Assembly (NCBI GenBank): GCA_964016885.1
Contig: OZ024740.1
Span: 176,328,001-176,392,000 of the forward strand
Length of the DNA stretch: 64,000 nucleotides
Source: Eledone cirrhosa
Taxonomy: Eukaryota
Direction of reading: 5' to 3'
Each line of letters begins with the position of its first letter. The stretch's first letter is position 1. Below are positions 15,401-30,400 of this stretch, in pieces. Both the position numbers and the translations under genes were made by a program. The notes beneath the pieces are model-generated. The model was given only the letters and a program-made list of their open reading frames with translations, did not search any database and was not told the DNA's origin.

Positions 15401-18400
15401 CTTGCTTTGATTGGAAGAGGGCGGATTGGAACTTGTACTGCACTGAGCTACAGCGCCCAAACTGGCATGAGATGTATAACTCTGGAGATGTGAACTCTAT
15501 ACTCCAGAGCATCCTGGACTCAATATGGATAGCGTGTGCAGCATCAGTGCCACGGAAGCGGAAAAATAACCACCCCAAAAGTGCAATCTGGGAAACTTCA
15601 GCAGTCCGACTTGCCAGGAAAGAACGTCGGAACGCTGAACGGGAATATAAACTGCATAGATCAGATGCCAACAGAAAAAAGCGGAATAAATCTTCTAACC
15701 ATCTCAAGCAAGTGACAAAGAAGGCAGTGCTTGAATTTGAACAGTGCATCGCAACCAATCCTGACAGTAAGGTGTTCTGGAAATATGTTCATTCAAAGCA
15801 GAGACCTCACTCTCCAGTTGGTCCTCTTCGCAATCCCCACACAAGCCAGATCACTGACGATCCCAAGGAATGCGCAGAACTCATTGCTGAGTGCTATGCA
15901 AGTATTTTTACTGTTGAAAACCAGAATGTACCATCTCCACCATCTCTAACATCAAATTCCATAACAACTATGGAATTTACACCTGCAATGTTGCGACGTC
16001 ACCTTAAGAATAAGCGCAACTATGCCTCCCCTGGTCTTGATGGTGTGACATACCTGCTTCTCAAACGTGGCGGGGATTTCCTTTTGCGCCAGCTTTCTTT
16101 TTTCTTTCAATACTGTCTCAGCAATGGTGCTACTCCGGAGCAGTGGAAAACTGCCAGTGTCATTCCCCTGTTCAAAAAGGGCAACCGCATGTCACCTGTC
16201 AACTATCGTCCAGTCAGTCTTACTAGCTGTATGGCCAAACTGATGGAATCCTGTGTCAGAGAAACACTTTGGAACTTCTGGAGCTCTCACAGCCTCATCC
16301 GGCCATCACAGTTTGGATTTATCCCTAACTCCAGCTGCTGTGATCAGCTTATCGAGTTCCTTGAGGACATCACCCGGATCACTGACAGCGGCTCATGGGT
16401 GGATGTTGTTTACCTTGACTTTGCTAAGGCTTTTAATTCTGTGCCACACAAAAGACTTATGGCAAAACTCTCTGCAATGGGTGTGAGGGATGATCTTTTC
16501 GACTGGCTGAAATCCTTCATTCTCAGCCGAAGGGAAGTAGTCACGGTTCTAGGACAGCATTCTTCACCATATGAGATGTCATCTGGTGTACCACAGGGAT
16601 CTGTTCTTGGTCCTCTTTTGTTTGTGGCATATATTAATGACATAGATGCAAACTTACAGAATGCCACGGTACTAAAATATGCAGATGACATCAAGCTGTA
16701 CCTTGAAATCAAAAGGACTGATCCTGAAATTTACAACTCTTTCCTACAATCAGACCTGGACACAATGCAGCAATGGATCACAGACTGGCAACTGAAGCTG
16801 GCTGTGGACAAGTGTACCACCATGCATTTTGGAAGGAAAAATCCAGCGTCCACATACTCCCTCCACAACACTGACATCAAAAAGTCCTCTTGTGAACGTG
16901 ACCTAGGCATTACTGTCAGCAACGATTTGCATTGGACAAAGCATGTCTCTAAGATTGTCAAGAAGGCCGAGGGTGTCTTGGCATCACTCAGCAAGACCTT
17001 TGTTAGCCGCTCTCCAGCCATCTATTTAAAACTGTATACAGCTATGGTGCGACCACACTTGGAATTCGCATCATCAGTCTGGAACCCCTATCTTGCTCGG
17101 AACATTGACCTCCTGGAAACTGTTCAGAGACGTGCAACCAAGCGCATACCCTCCATCAGACACCTACCATACTCTGAACGCCTTGCTTCCCTGGGCATGG
17201 ATTCATTGAAGCTCCGACGTCTGGCAGTGGACTTGGTGAATACCCACAAAGTTTTTAACCATCTCGCCAACTGCAACCCTGAGCGCCTCTTTGATCTCCA
17301 TGTGTCTAACACACGTGGACGTGCCTACAAGATAAGAAAACAGCACAGCTCCCATGACTTTCGCAGACATTTTTTCACGCTCAGAGTTGCTGAAACATGG
17401 AACAAACTGCCTGCGTCAATTGTTAGCTGCCGAGACACTGCATCCCTTAAGACACTCATGCTTTCCGAAATACGCCAAAACTACACCTGATGTGCCCCTT
17501 CCATACACATGCACACATGTGTGCACTGTTCATTTTACTGATGTTTGTGCATTGCCCTATGTACTGTACATGCACTTTTTTGATGGGTTGTGGTGCACCT
17601 GGGCACTGTGCACAATATTTCATTATTGTTATTGTTATTATATCATGACTCATACAGTGTTTATTTTCCTGACATTTGTACATTATTCTATGTACTATAC
17701 ATGCACCTTTGATGAGTTGTAGTGCACCTGAGCACTGTACACAATAATTTCATTATTATTATTATATATAAGACCTTTGTGACTAACAGTTAGTATTGAA
17801 TACATACAAAAGCTGATATCTTTAGCGTCTCTGAAATCAAACGGCAGAATTAACTTAATTTTTCGAATTCAATTAATCAAGGTAAGTAAGGTCAGCCGAT
17901 CAGTACGGACACAAATACCATAGTCAACATAAACTGAAGTGTGGCTAAAAGATGGGTCTTCAGCAATCACTATCATATATAAATTAAATATTATTTAAAA
18001 TATACTTGTGCACAATCAGTTATTTCATACATACCCCATAGTAGGAAACCTTTGTTTGAAATTAGATTTCATAAACATGAAATATACAGAACCATTTACG
18101 TCACATTAGATACTAAAGGTGAAAGGTTATGTTTAAATCTCAGAGAGGTTTAACTAATTTTGGAACGTAATTCTGTTCTTTTTTAAATGTTACGTATAAT
18201 AGATTCCAAACGCAATATATTTTCTATAATATATATTTCTTTATTCTTTTCTGTTTACCGTATATGACAACGCAACACGAAATTATTATTATTATACAAC
18301 AGGTGATATGATTGAACATGTTATATTTTATTATATATACTACTTTAAATACACAACTCTTTACATAATATATATGGAACAATTCGAATTAAAGGAAAGA

Positions 18401-21400
18401 AAGTAGGGTTCAATAACTTCATGAGTATATACGTTATATACAAACAAGTATGTATTTGGGAGACGTGTGTTTCCTCAACGATTATAGCATCCTCAATTTA
18501 TGAATTTATTTTATTTTAACGCCCATTTTTGAATGTTGTTTTTGAACGTGAATTAAACGTTTAAAAGAAATATTAAACCGTCTACAAATTTAATGCACAA
18601 ACATGTGTGCAGAAATATACGATGATGCACAGAAACTCACAAATGGCCGCAACGGAGATATTTATACACATGCATAAACCAGCCAAACTACCTAATTTGT
18701 AGCAATTTATTTCAATCATGATGATATATAGAGTAGCTCTAAGACTATAGTTTGTTATTGAATACATACAAAAGCTGATGATAAAATATGATGTTATGTA
18801 GCACACCACAATCATGATGACATGTAGTGCACCTCTAGGAGATGTGTTTTCAGCAATCACTATGATATACTTAAGAAATATTATTCAAAATCTACAACCA
18901 GTTATTTCGTTTAAACCCCATATTAGGAAATCACTGTTAGAAATCAGATTTCATATACATGAAATACACATAACCATTTACGTTACATAAGATACTGAAG
19001 GTGAGACGTTATGTTTAACTCCCAGTTAGGCTTAAATAAGTCTGGCACGTATTACTGGTTTTCTTGATATTATCTATGAAAGTTTACAAGCGCATTATAT
19101 GTTCTAATATATATATTCCTCTGTTCTTTTTTGTTTACAGAACCTAGCGAGGTACCACGAAAAGATTCCCATACAACAGGTGATATGATGAAACATCTTT
19201 TATTGTATTATATATACTTCTTTATATACATAACTCTTTTACATGATATATATGGAAAATGGGAATTAGGTGGCAGAAGGTTCGGGTTTAATTACTTGAT
19301 GAGTATATATATATATGTTATATAACAACAAGAACGTAATTGGAAGAAGTGTGTTTTCTGTATCAACGTAACAACCATGCTTGATGAATTTGTATTATTT
19401 CAAAGATCCATTTTGAAACCTCTTTTTGAACGTAAACTTGACGTTTCTATATTATTTAACTTTCAACAAATGTAATGCAAAAACATGCGTGTAGGAAGTT
19501 ACACAGAAACACACTAACACCCCGTCTCACATATATGCTACACACAGTCACAAATTTCAAGCACACACGAATAAACACACCAAACTGCCCATTTTGTATG
19601 TTTTATTAAAAACATTATGATATATATAAGACCTTTGTGACTAACAGTTAGTATTGAATACATACAAAAGCTGATATCTTTAGCGTCTCTGAAATCAAAC
19701 GCCAGAATTATATTAATTTTCCGAATTCAATTAATCAAGGAAAGTAAGTTCAGCCGATCAGAACGGACACAAATACCATAGTCAACATAAACTGAAGTGT
19801 GGCTAGGAGATGGGTTTTCAGCAATCATTATCATATATACAAGAAATATTATTTAAAATATACTTGTGCACAATCAGTTATTTCATACATACCCCATAGT
19901 AGGAAACCTTTGTTTGAAATCAGATTTCATATACATGAAATATACAGAACCATTTACGTCACATTAGATACTGAAGGTGAGAGGTTATGTTTAACTCTCA
20001 GAGAGGTTTAACTAAGTTTGGAACGTATTTCTGTTCGTTTTTAAATGATACGTTTAATAGATTCCAAACGCAATATATTTTCTAAAATATATACTTCTTT
20101 ATTCTTTTCTATTAACAGTATATGACAACGCAACACGAAAGTATAACTATACAACAGGTGATATGATGGAACATGTTATATTTTATTATATATACTTCTT
20201 TAAACGCATAACTCTTTACATAATATATATGGAACAATTCGAATTAAAGGATAGAAAGTAGGGTTCAATAACTACATGAGTATATATGTTATATACAAAC
20301 AAGAATGTATTTGGGAGTCGTGTGTTTCTTCAACGATTATAGCATCATCATTTTATAAATTTATTTTATTTTAACGCCCATTTTTTAATGTTTTTGAACG
20401 TGAATTAGACGTTTAAAAGAAATATTAAACAGTCTACAAATTTAATGCACAAACATGTGTGCAGAAATAGACGAAGATGCACAGAAACTCACAAATGGCC
20501 GCAACGGAGATATTTATACATATATGCATAAACCAGCCAAACTACCTAATTTGTAGCAATTTATTTCAATCATGATGATATATAGAGCAGCTCTAAGACT
20601 ATAGTTTGTTATTGAATACATACAAAAGCTGATGATAAAATATGATGATATGTAGCGCACCAAAATCATGATGACATGTAGTGCACCTCTAGGAGATGTG
20701 TTTTCACCAATCACTATGATATACTTAAGAAATATTATTCAAAATCTACAACCAGTTATTTCATTCATACACCATATTAGGAAACCACTGTTAGAAATCA
20801 GATTTCATATACATGAAATACACATAACCATTTACGTTACATAAGATACTGAAGGTGAGACGTTATGTTTAACTCCCAGTTAGGCTTAAATAAGTCTGGC
20901 ACGTATTACTGGTTTTCTTCATATTATCTATGAAAGTTTACAAGCGCATTATATGTTCTAATATATATATTTCTATGTTCTTTTTTGTTTACAGAACCTA
21001 GCGAGGTACCAAGAAAAGATTCCCATAAAACAGGTGATATGATGAAACATCTTTTATTGTATTATATATACTTCTTTATATACATAACTCTTTTACATGA
21101 TATATATGGAAAATGGGAATTAGGTGGCAGAAGGTAGGGTTTAATTTCTTGATGAGTATATATATATGTTATATAACAACAAGAACGTAATTGGAAGAAG
21201 TGTGGTTTCCGTATCAATGTAAGAACCATGCTTGATGAATTTATATTATTTCAAAGATCCATTTTGAAACCTCTTTTTGAACGTAAATTTGACGTTTCTA
21301 TATTATTTAACTTTAAACAAATGTAATGCAAAAGCATGCGTGTAGGAAGTTACACAGAAACACACAAACACCCCGCCTCACATATATCCTACACACAGTA

Positions 21401-24400
21401 ACAAATTTCAAGCACACACGTATAAACACACGAAACTGCCCATTTTGTATGTTTTTATTAAAAACATTATGATATATATAAGAGCTTTGTGACTAACAGT
21501 TGGTAGAGAATACATACAAAAGCTGATATCTTTAGCGTCTCTGAAATCAAACGGCAGAATTATCTTAATTTTCCGAATTCAATTAATCAAGGAAAGTAAG
21601 TTCAGCCGATCAGAACGGACACAAATACCATATTCAACATAATCTGAAGTGTGGCTAGGAGATGGGTATTCAGCAATCACTATCATATATACAAGAAATA
21701 TTATTTAAAATATACTTGTGCACTATCAGTTATTTCATACATACCCCATAAACCAGCCAAACTACCTAATTTGTTGCAATTTATTTCAATCATGATGATA
21801 TATAGAGCATCTCTATGACTACTTTGTTATTGAATACATACAAAAGCTGATGATAAAATATGATGATATGTAGCGCACCAAAATCATGATGACATGTAGT
21901 GCACCTCTAGATGTGTTTTTAGCAATCACTATGATATACTTAAGAAATATTATTCAAAATCTACAACCAGTTATTTTATTCATACACCATATTAGGAATC
22001 CACTGTTAGAAATCATATTTCATATACATGAAATACACATAACCATTTACGTTACATAAGATACTGAAGGTGAGACGTTATGTTTAACTTCCAGTTTGAC
22101 TTAAATAAGTCTGGCACGTATTACTGGTTTTCTTGATATTATCTATGAAAGTTTACAAGCGCATTATATGTTCTAATATATATATTCCTTTGTTCTTTTT
22201 TGTTTACAGAACCTAACGAGGTACCACGAAAAGATTCCCATACAACAGGTGATATGATGAAACATCTTTTATTGTATTATATATACTTCTTTCTATACAT
22301 AACTCTTTTACATGATATATATGGAAAATCGGAATTAGGTGGTAGTAGGTAGGGTTCAATTTCTAAATGAGTATATATATATATATATGTTATGTAACAA
22401 CAAGAACTTATTTGGAAGAAGTGTGTTTTCCGTATCAATGTAAGAACCATGCTTGATGAATTTATATTATTTTAAAGATCAAATTTGAAACCTCTTTTTG
22501 AACGTAAACTTGACGTTTCTATATTATTTAACTTTCAACAAAGTAAGGTCAGCTGATCAGAACGGACACAAATACCCTAGTTAACATAAACTGAATTGTG
22601 GCTAAAAGATGGGTTTTCAGCAATCACTATCATATATAAAATAAATATTATTTAAAATATACTTGTGCTCAATCAGTTATTTCATACATACCCCATAGTT
22701 GGAAACCACTGTTTGAAATCAGATTTCATAAACATGAAATATACAGAACCATTTACGTCACATTAGATACTGAAGGTGAGAGGTTTTGTTTAACTCTCAG
22801 AAAGGCTTAACTAATTTTGGAACGTAATTCTGTTCTTTTTTAAATGTTACGTATAATAGATTCCAAACGCAATATATTTTCTATAATATATATTTCTTTA
22901 TTCTTTTCTGTTTACCGTATATGACAACGCAACACGAAATTATTATTATACAACAGGTGATATGATGGAACATGTTATATTTTATTATATATACTACTTT
23001 AAATACATAACTCTTTACATAATATATATATGGAACAATTCGAATTAAAGGATAGAAAGTAGGGTTCAATAACTACATGAGTATATATGTTATATACAAA
23101 CAAGAATGTATTTGGGAGTCGTGTGTTTCTTCAACGATTATAGCATCATCATTTTATAAATTTATTTTATTTTAACGCCCATTTTTTAATGTTGTTTTTG
23201 AACGTGAATTAGACGTTTAAAAGAAATATTAAACCGTCTACAAATTTAATGCACAAACATGTGTGCAGAAATATACGAAGATGCACAGAAACTCACAAAT
23301 GGCCGCAACGGAGATATTTATACACATATGCATAAACCAGCCAAACTACCTAATTTGTAGCAATTTATTTCAATCATGATGATATATAGAGCAGCTCTAA
23401 GACTATAGTTTGTTATTGAATACATACAAAAGCTGATCATAAAATATGATGATATGTAGCGCACCAAAATCATGATGACATGTAGTGCACCTCTAGGAGA
23501 TGTGTTTTCAGCAATCACTATGATATACCTTAGAAATATTATTCAAAATCTACAACCAGTTATTTCATTCATACACCATATTAGGAAACCACTGTTAGAA
23601 GTCAGATTTCATATACATGAAGTACACATAACCATTTACGTTACATAAGATACTGAAGGTGGGACGTTATGTTTAACTCCCAGTTAGGCTTAAATAAGTC
23701 TGGCACGTATTACTGATTTTCTTGATATTATCTATGAAAGTTTACAAGCGCATTATATGCTCTAATATATATATTTCTATGTTCTTTTTTGTTTACAGAA
23801 CCTAGCGAGGTACCAAGAAAAGATTCCCATACAACAGGTGATATGATGAAACATCTTTTATTGTATTATATATACTTCTTTATATACATAACTCTTTTAC
23901 ATGATATATATGGAAAATGGGAATTAGGTGGCAGAAGGTAGGGTTTAATTTCTTGATGAGTATATATATATATGTTATATAACAACAAGAACGTAATTGG
24001 AAGAAGTGTGGTTTCTGTATCAATGTAAGAACCATACTTGATGAATTTATATTATTTCAAAGATCCATTTTGAAACCTCTTTTTGAACGTAAATTTGACG
24101 TTTCTATATTATTTAACTTTAAACAAATGTAATGCAAAAGCATGCGTGTAGGAAGTTACACAGAAACACACAAACACCCCGCCTCACATATATCCTACAC
24201 ACAGTAACAAATTTCAAGCACACACGTATAAACACACGAAACTGTCCATTTTGTATGTTTTTATTAAAAACATTATGATATATATAAGAGCTTTGTGACT
24301 AACAGTTGGTAGAGAATACATACAAAAGCTGATATCTTTAGCGTCTCTGAAATCAAACGGCAGAATTAACTTAATTTTCCGAATTCAATTAATCAAGGAA

Positions 24401-27400
24401 AGTAAGTTCAGCCGATCAGAACGGACACAAATACCATATTCAACATAATCTGAAGTGTGGCTAGGAGATGGGTTTTCAGCAATCACTATCATATATACAA
24501 GAAATATTATTTAAAATATACTTGTGCACTATCAGTTATTTCATACATACCCCATAAACCAGCCAAACTACCTAATTTGTTGCAATTTATTTCAATCATG
24601 ATGATATATAGAGCATCTCTAAGACTACTTTGTTATTGAATACATACAAAAGCTGATGATAAAATATGATGATATGTAGCGCACCAAAATCATGATGACA
24701 TGTAGTGCACCTCTAGATGTGTTGTTAGCAATCACTATGATATACTTAAGAAATATTATTCAAAATCTACAACCAGTTATTTTATTCATACACCATATTA
24801 GGAAACCACTGTTAGAAATCAGATTTCATATACATGAAATACACATAACTATTTACGTTACATAAGATACTGAAGGTGAGACGTTATGTTTAACTTCCAG
24901 TTTGGCTTAAATAAGTCTGGCACGTATTACTGGTTTTCTTGATATTATCTATGAAAGTTTACAAGCGCATTATATGTTCTAATATATATATTCCTTTGTT
25001 CTTTTTTGTTTACAGAACCTAACGAGGTACCACGAAAAGATTCCCATACAACAGGTGATATGATGAAACATCTTTTATTGTATTATATATACTTCTTTCT
25101 ATACATAACTCTTTTACATGATATATATGGAAAATCGGAATTAGGTGGTAGTAGGTAGGGTTCAATTTCTAAATGAGTATATATATATATATATGTTATG
25201 TAACAACAAGAACGTACTTGGAAGAAGTGTGTTTTCTGTATCAATGTAAGAACCATGCTTGATAAATTTATATTATTTTAAAGATCAAATTTGAAACCTC
25301 TTTTTGAACGTAAACTTGACGTTTCTATATTATTTAACTTTCAACAAAGTAAGGTCAGCTGATCAGAACGGACACAAATACCCTAGTCAACATAAACTTA
25401 AGTGTGGTTAAAAGATGTGTTTTCAGCAATCACTATCATATATAAAATAAATATTATTTAAAATATACTTGTGCTCAATCAGTTATTTCATACATACCCC
25501 ATAGTAGGAAACCACTGTTTGAAATCAGATTTCATAAACATGAAATATACAGAACCATTTACGTCACATTAGACACTAAAGGTGAGAGGTTTTGTTTAAC
25601 TCTCAGAAAGGCTTAACTAATTTTGGAACGTAATTCTGTTCTTTTTTAAATGTTACGTATAATAGATTCCAAACGCAATATATTTTCTATAATATATATT
25701 TCTTTATTCTTTTCTGTTTACCGTATATGACAACGCAACACGAAATTATTATTATACAACAGGTGATATGATGGAACATGTTATATTTTATTATATATAC
25801 TACTTTAAATACATAACTCTTTACATAATATATATGGAACAATTCGAATTAAAGGATAGAAAGTAGGGTTCAATAACTACATGAGTATATATGTTATATA
25901 CAAACAAGAATGTATTTGGGATTCGTGTATTTCCTCTACGATTATAGCATCCTCATTTTATAAATTTATTTTATTTTAACGCCCATTTTTTAATGTTGTT
26001 TTTGAACGTGAATTAGACGTTTAAAAGAAATATTAAACCGTCTACAAATTTAATGCACAAACATGTGTGCAGAAATATACGAAGATGCACAGAAACTCAC
26101 AAATGGCCGCAACGGAGATATTTATACACATATGCATAAACCAGCCAAACTGATGCTATATAGAGCAGCACTAAGACTATAGTTTGTTATTGAATACATA
26201 CAAAAGCTGATGATAAAATATGATGATATGTAGCGCACCAAAATCATGATGACATGTAGTGCACCTCTAGGAGATGTGTTTTCAGCAATCACTATGATAT
26301 ACTTAAGAAATATTATTCAAAATCTACAACCTGTTATTTTATTCATACACCATATTAGGAAACCACTGTTAGAAATCAGATTTCATATACATGAAATACA
26401 CATAACCATTTACGTTACATAAGATACTGAAGATGAGGCGTTATGTTTAACTCCCAGTTAGGCTTAAATAAGTCTGGCACGTATTTCTGGTTTTCTTGAT
26501 ATTATCTATGAAAGTTTACAAGCGCATTTTATGTTCTAATATATATATTTCTTTGTTCTTTTTTGTTTACAGAACCTAACGTGGTACCATCAAAAGATTC
26601 CCATACAACAGGTGATATGATGAAACATCTGTTATTGTATTATATATACTTCTTTATATACATAACTCTTTTACATGATATATATGGAAAATGGGAATTA
26701 GGTGGTAGAAGGTAGCGTTCAATTTCTAAATGAGTATATATATATATATGTTATGTAACAACAAGAACGTATTTGGAATAAGTGTGTTTTCTGTATCAAT
26801 GTAACAACCATGCTTGATGAATTTATATTAATTCAAAGATCAATTTTGTAACCTCTTTTTGAACGTAAACTTGACGTTTCTATATTATTTAACTTTAAAC
26901 AAGTGTAATGCAAAAGCATGCGTGTAGGAAGTTACACAGAAACACACAAACACCCGCCTCACATATATGCTACACACAGTCACAAATTTCAAGCACACAC
27001 TAATAAACACACCAAACTGCCCATTTTGTATGTTTTATAAAAACATTATGATATATAGAAGACCTTTGTGACTAACAGTTGGTAGAGAATACATACACAA
27101 ACTGATATCTTTAGCGTTTCTGAAATCAAACGGCAGAATTAAATTAATTATCCGAAATCAATTAATCAAGGAAAGTAAGTTCAGCCGATCAGAATGGACA
27201 CAAATACCATAGTCAACATAAACTGAAGTGTGGCTAGGAGATGGGTTTTCAGCAATCACTATCATATATACAATAAGGTCGGTGGATTGGCAGTATAGGT
27301 AGAGTGTCGAATGCCATGATTTGCAGCACAGTTACGTCCCTTTACGGATTGAGTTCACATACCGCCGAGGTTAACTTTGCCTTTCATCCTTACGGTGTCG

Positions 27401-30400
27401 ATAAAATAAAGTACCAGTAATGTATTGGGCAATTGCTGGCCTTGTGCCAAATCTAGAAACAACTATCATATATACAAGAAATATTATTTAAAATATACTT
27501 GTGCACAATCAGTTATTTCATACATACCCCATAGTAGGAAACCACTGTTTGAAATCAGATTTAATAAACTTTATTCATTACTGTTTACAGTATATAACAA
27601 CGCACCACGAAACTATTATTATTTTTTGTTTACAGAACCTAACAAGGTACCTCGAAACGAATCCCATACAACAGGTGATATGATGAAACATCTTTTATTT
27701 TATTATATATACTTCTTTATATACATAACTCTTTTACATGATACATATGGAAAATTGGAATTTGGGGGCAGAAGGTAGGGTTCAATTTCTAGCTGAGTAT
27801 ATATATTATATAACAACAAGAATTTATTTGTATGTTTTTATTATAACAACAAGAATATATTTGTATGTTTTTATTAAAAACATTATATCTAGAAGACCTT
27901 TGTGAATAACAGTTGGTAGTGAGTACATACAAAAGCTGATATTATCAGCATCCCTGAAATCAATCGTTTGAGGAACCTTCATTTTCTTGTATTCAAGAAA
28001 CACGGGGAAACGCGGATGAGAAGAATATATTCGGGAGAAATGTGTTTTCTGTATCAACATAACATCTTCATTTCATGAATTTACATTATTTTTACGCTCA
28101 AATGTAAACTTTTCGAATGTAAACTTGACGTGTTAAAAACATTATTAAACCTTCAACAAATATAATGCACAAGCATGCGTGCACAATGTTGCACAGAAAC
28201 ACACAAATACCCTCTCACCAAAACACAAATACAGACACACATGCGTAAATCCACCAAACTGTCTGGGTATCTATTTAAAACATGATGATATTTAGATCTA
28301 TTCTAAGACTATCAGTTGGTATTAAATACACTGAAAATTTGTCATTATCAGCATCCGAAGTGGCAGAGGAAATCTTATTTTCTCATCTCGGTTATTCATG
28401 AAACACAGGAAACGCCGATCAGAACGAACTCCAATAACATAGTTGATGTAATGTGACTTTTGCCGAGAAGTTTTTCAACTATTGACATATACTTTTCAGC
28501 CGACCCTCATATTGCTCATATGTTACACATAGATTTATTCATTGGGATCTAAATTGTTTTCAAAACGAATATGAAATTTTATATCAGTATATATAATGTA
28601 TTTAACAACAGTTGTAAAATTACTACAAAATCATAAATATTTATATTTGAAAAATGTAAATGTTTGTATACATTCACTCTTTTTGCCAATTTTCAGTTAG
28701 CGGCTCAGATATGTTTGAAAAGATTGGAAAGTGTAAGTTGATATATAATTTCTTTTATGTTTCCTTTATATTGGTAGTATCGGTAGAGCGTCGGACCACA
28801 TGCTTTGTGGCATAGAGTTACAACCCCTTTACGGTCTGAGTTCAAATCCCGCTGAGGTTAACTTTGCCTTACATCTTTACGGTGTCGAGAAAATAAAGCA
28901 CCAGTAATTCACTGGGGTTATTGCTGACCTTGTGCCAAAGGTAGAAACAATTATATTAAACTCGTCGATTTCAACGGTGCCGGGGAGACTACTGTGGATA
29001 TGGGCACGAACTTCTCTTGTAGACCAAACCAAAACGAAATAATAAAGTAAAACAACGTGAAAAAATTGTAAAGAAATCTCTTCATAAGACGAACATAAAT
29101 ATTGCATATATAGATGAGGATTTTGCTAGATTCTCGTGCAATCTTTTCATTACATTCTACATATGTCTTTTTTGAAGTCTGAGTGAATTGTTTAAAACCT
29201 AAATAGACAAAATTTTGAAGGTGTGTAACTTGCCATATATATACTGTGTTGTGTCTACAAACAAAGGACTTTATTTAAAAAGACACACGAGGAAAAATGA
29301 TGCGCATGACTTTTATAAGATTCTATGGTATATGGGGTGAATGTAGTGATATCACGTGACACTATTCCACAATCAAATGTAAGAGCCTATAATCACTGAG
29401 TTAATGAAACACTCGATAAATATACGGTATTCCCCTTTTATCATTCTTCTTCTTCTTCTTCTTCTTCTTCTTCTTCTTCTTCTTCTTCTTCTTCTTCTTC
29501 TTCTTCTTCTTCTTCTTCTTCATGAGAATGTCATGGGCCAGACTCCATCGAATCCTGTTAGAAGCAACCCTCTCCAACTGATCCGTCTGGATCCCCAAAT
29601 GAGACCAACTATGTTCATGGATGTTATCCAACCATTTTGTTCGGGGTCTACCCCTGAGTCTCCTGCCATTTGGTGTTGCCCGTAAAATATGTCCAGCGAT
29701 TCTCTCCAGAGATCTTCTAATTCCATGCCCAGAGTATCGGAGCTGTGATCTCTCCCTTCGGAGAAGTAGCGGCTCTACCTGGAGTGACTCTATTATATAT
29801 CTTTCTTTCTTCCCATTAATTTTTTTTTTAATAGTCTCTGTAAACAATACTTTTTTCTCTTCTTAGTATTTGACTTTATTGCACTTTATCGTCGGCTTTA
29901 TGTTTTGTCTGGGTTATTCAATACATAAACATAATGGAAATCTAAATTCTCTACAAGTCACACATTTTCTGTTTGATGGCCAAACATTGGACAGTGTTAT
30001 CTTCAGAAACTGTGTTGACATGATCACAATCAGATGGCTAGATATTTTCCCACGATCGCTAAAGCCATTTATATATGATATATATGTACATATAGATATT
30101 TTTCTGAGTTTATACATACATACATGATGGATGCCCCCTCGTTATCGAGTATGGCCATTGCACGATATACAATTATTAAAATTATTAATTAATTCTATTG
30201 TGCAATGCCTTTGTGTGAAGATTTTTTTTTTCAATTGAAGAAAGATTGTGCACTGAGCCAATCCCACTCTCTGAGCGACAGTAGCTATAATACGAAAAGA
30301 AGAAAAGATCAACGTCATCGGTAAATACTGAGTCGCAGGTTTTATGTCGGAGGTATCCCAGTTTCCTGAGTTGCCTTCTCCTAAAAGAATGCCTTGACAA

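Larger units (their letters stand above)
13243..17763 (+). mobile_element. Full-length, apparently intact non-LTR retrotransposon (CR1/L2 group) inserted into the array
   Basis: Interrupts the unit motif attatg-atatatata-agacc with a short, ambiguous atat TSD. It has two open ORFs and a 3' UTR ending in (ATT)n. Confidence 0.95.
1..27900 (+). repeat. Tandem array (macrosatellite-like) of a ~1.86-kb unit composed of two homologous ~0.9-kb monomers A and B; begins upstream of the window and is interrupted by a LINE and SINEs
   Basis: Near-identical landmarks recur about every 1858-1860 bp (e.g. 1360/3220, 5203/7061). A and B share motifs such as ttttcagcaatcacta, taggaaaccac, tactgaaggtgaga and tacaacaggtgatatgatg. 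Confidence 0.97.

Noticed and set aside
1353-23518. Recurrent minus-strand 61-aa (MYITYIL...) and 66-aa (MIAENTSP...) ORFs
   Set aside because: They recur only because the unit is repeated, have AT-biased composition and are broken in several copies. The 61-aa ORF overlaps the B exon on the opposite strand.
1-27900. Array as CRISPR, rDNA/5S, snRNA or histone cluster
   Set aside because: No short repeat-unique spacer pattern and no recognisable rRNA, snRNA, tRNA or histone sequence in the unit; the context is eukaryotic.
29401-29685. Poly-Lys / poly-Leu ORFs
   Set aside because: Translation of the (GAA)n tail of an RTE fragment.
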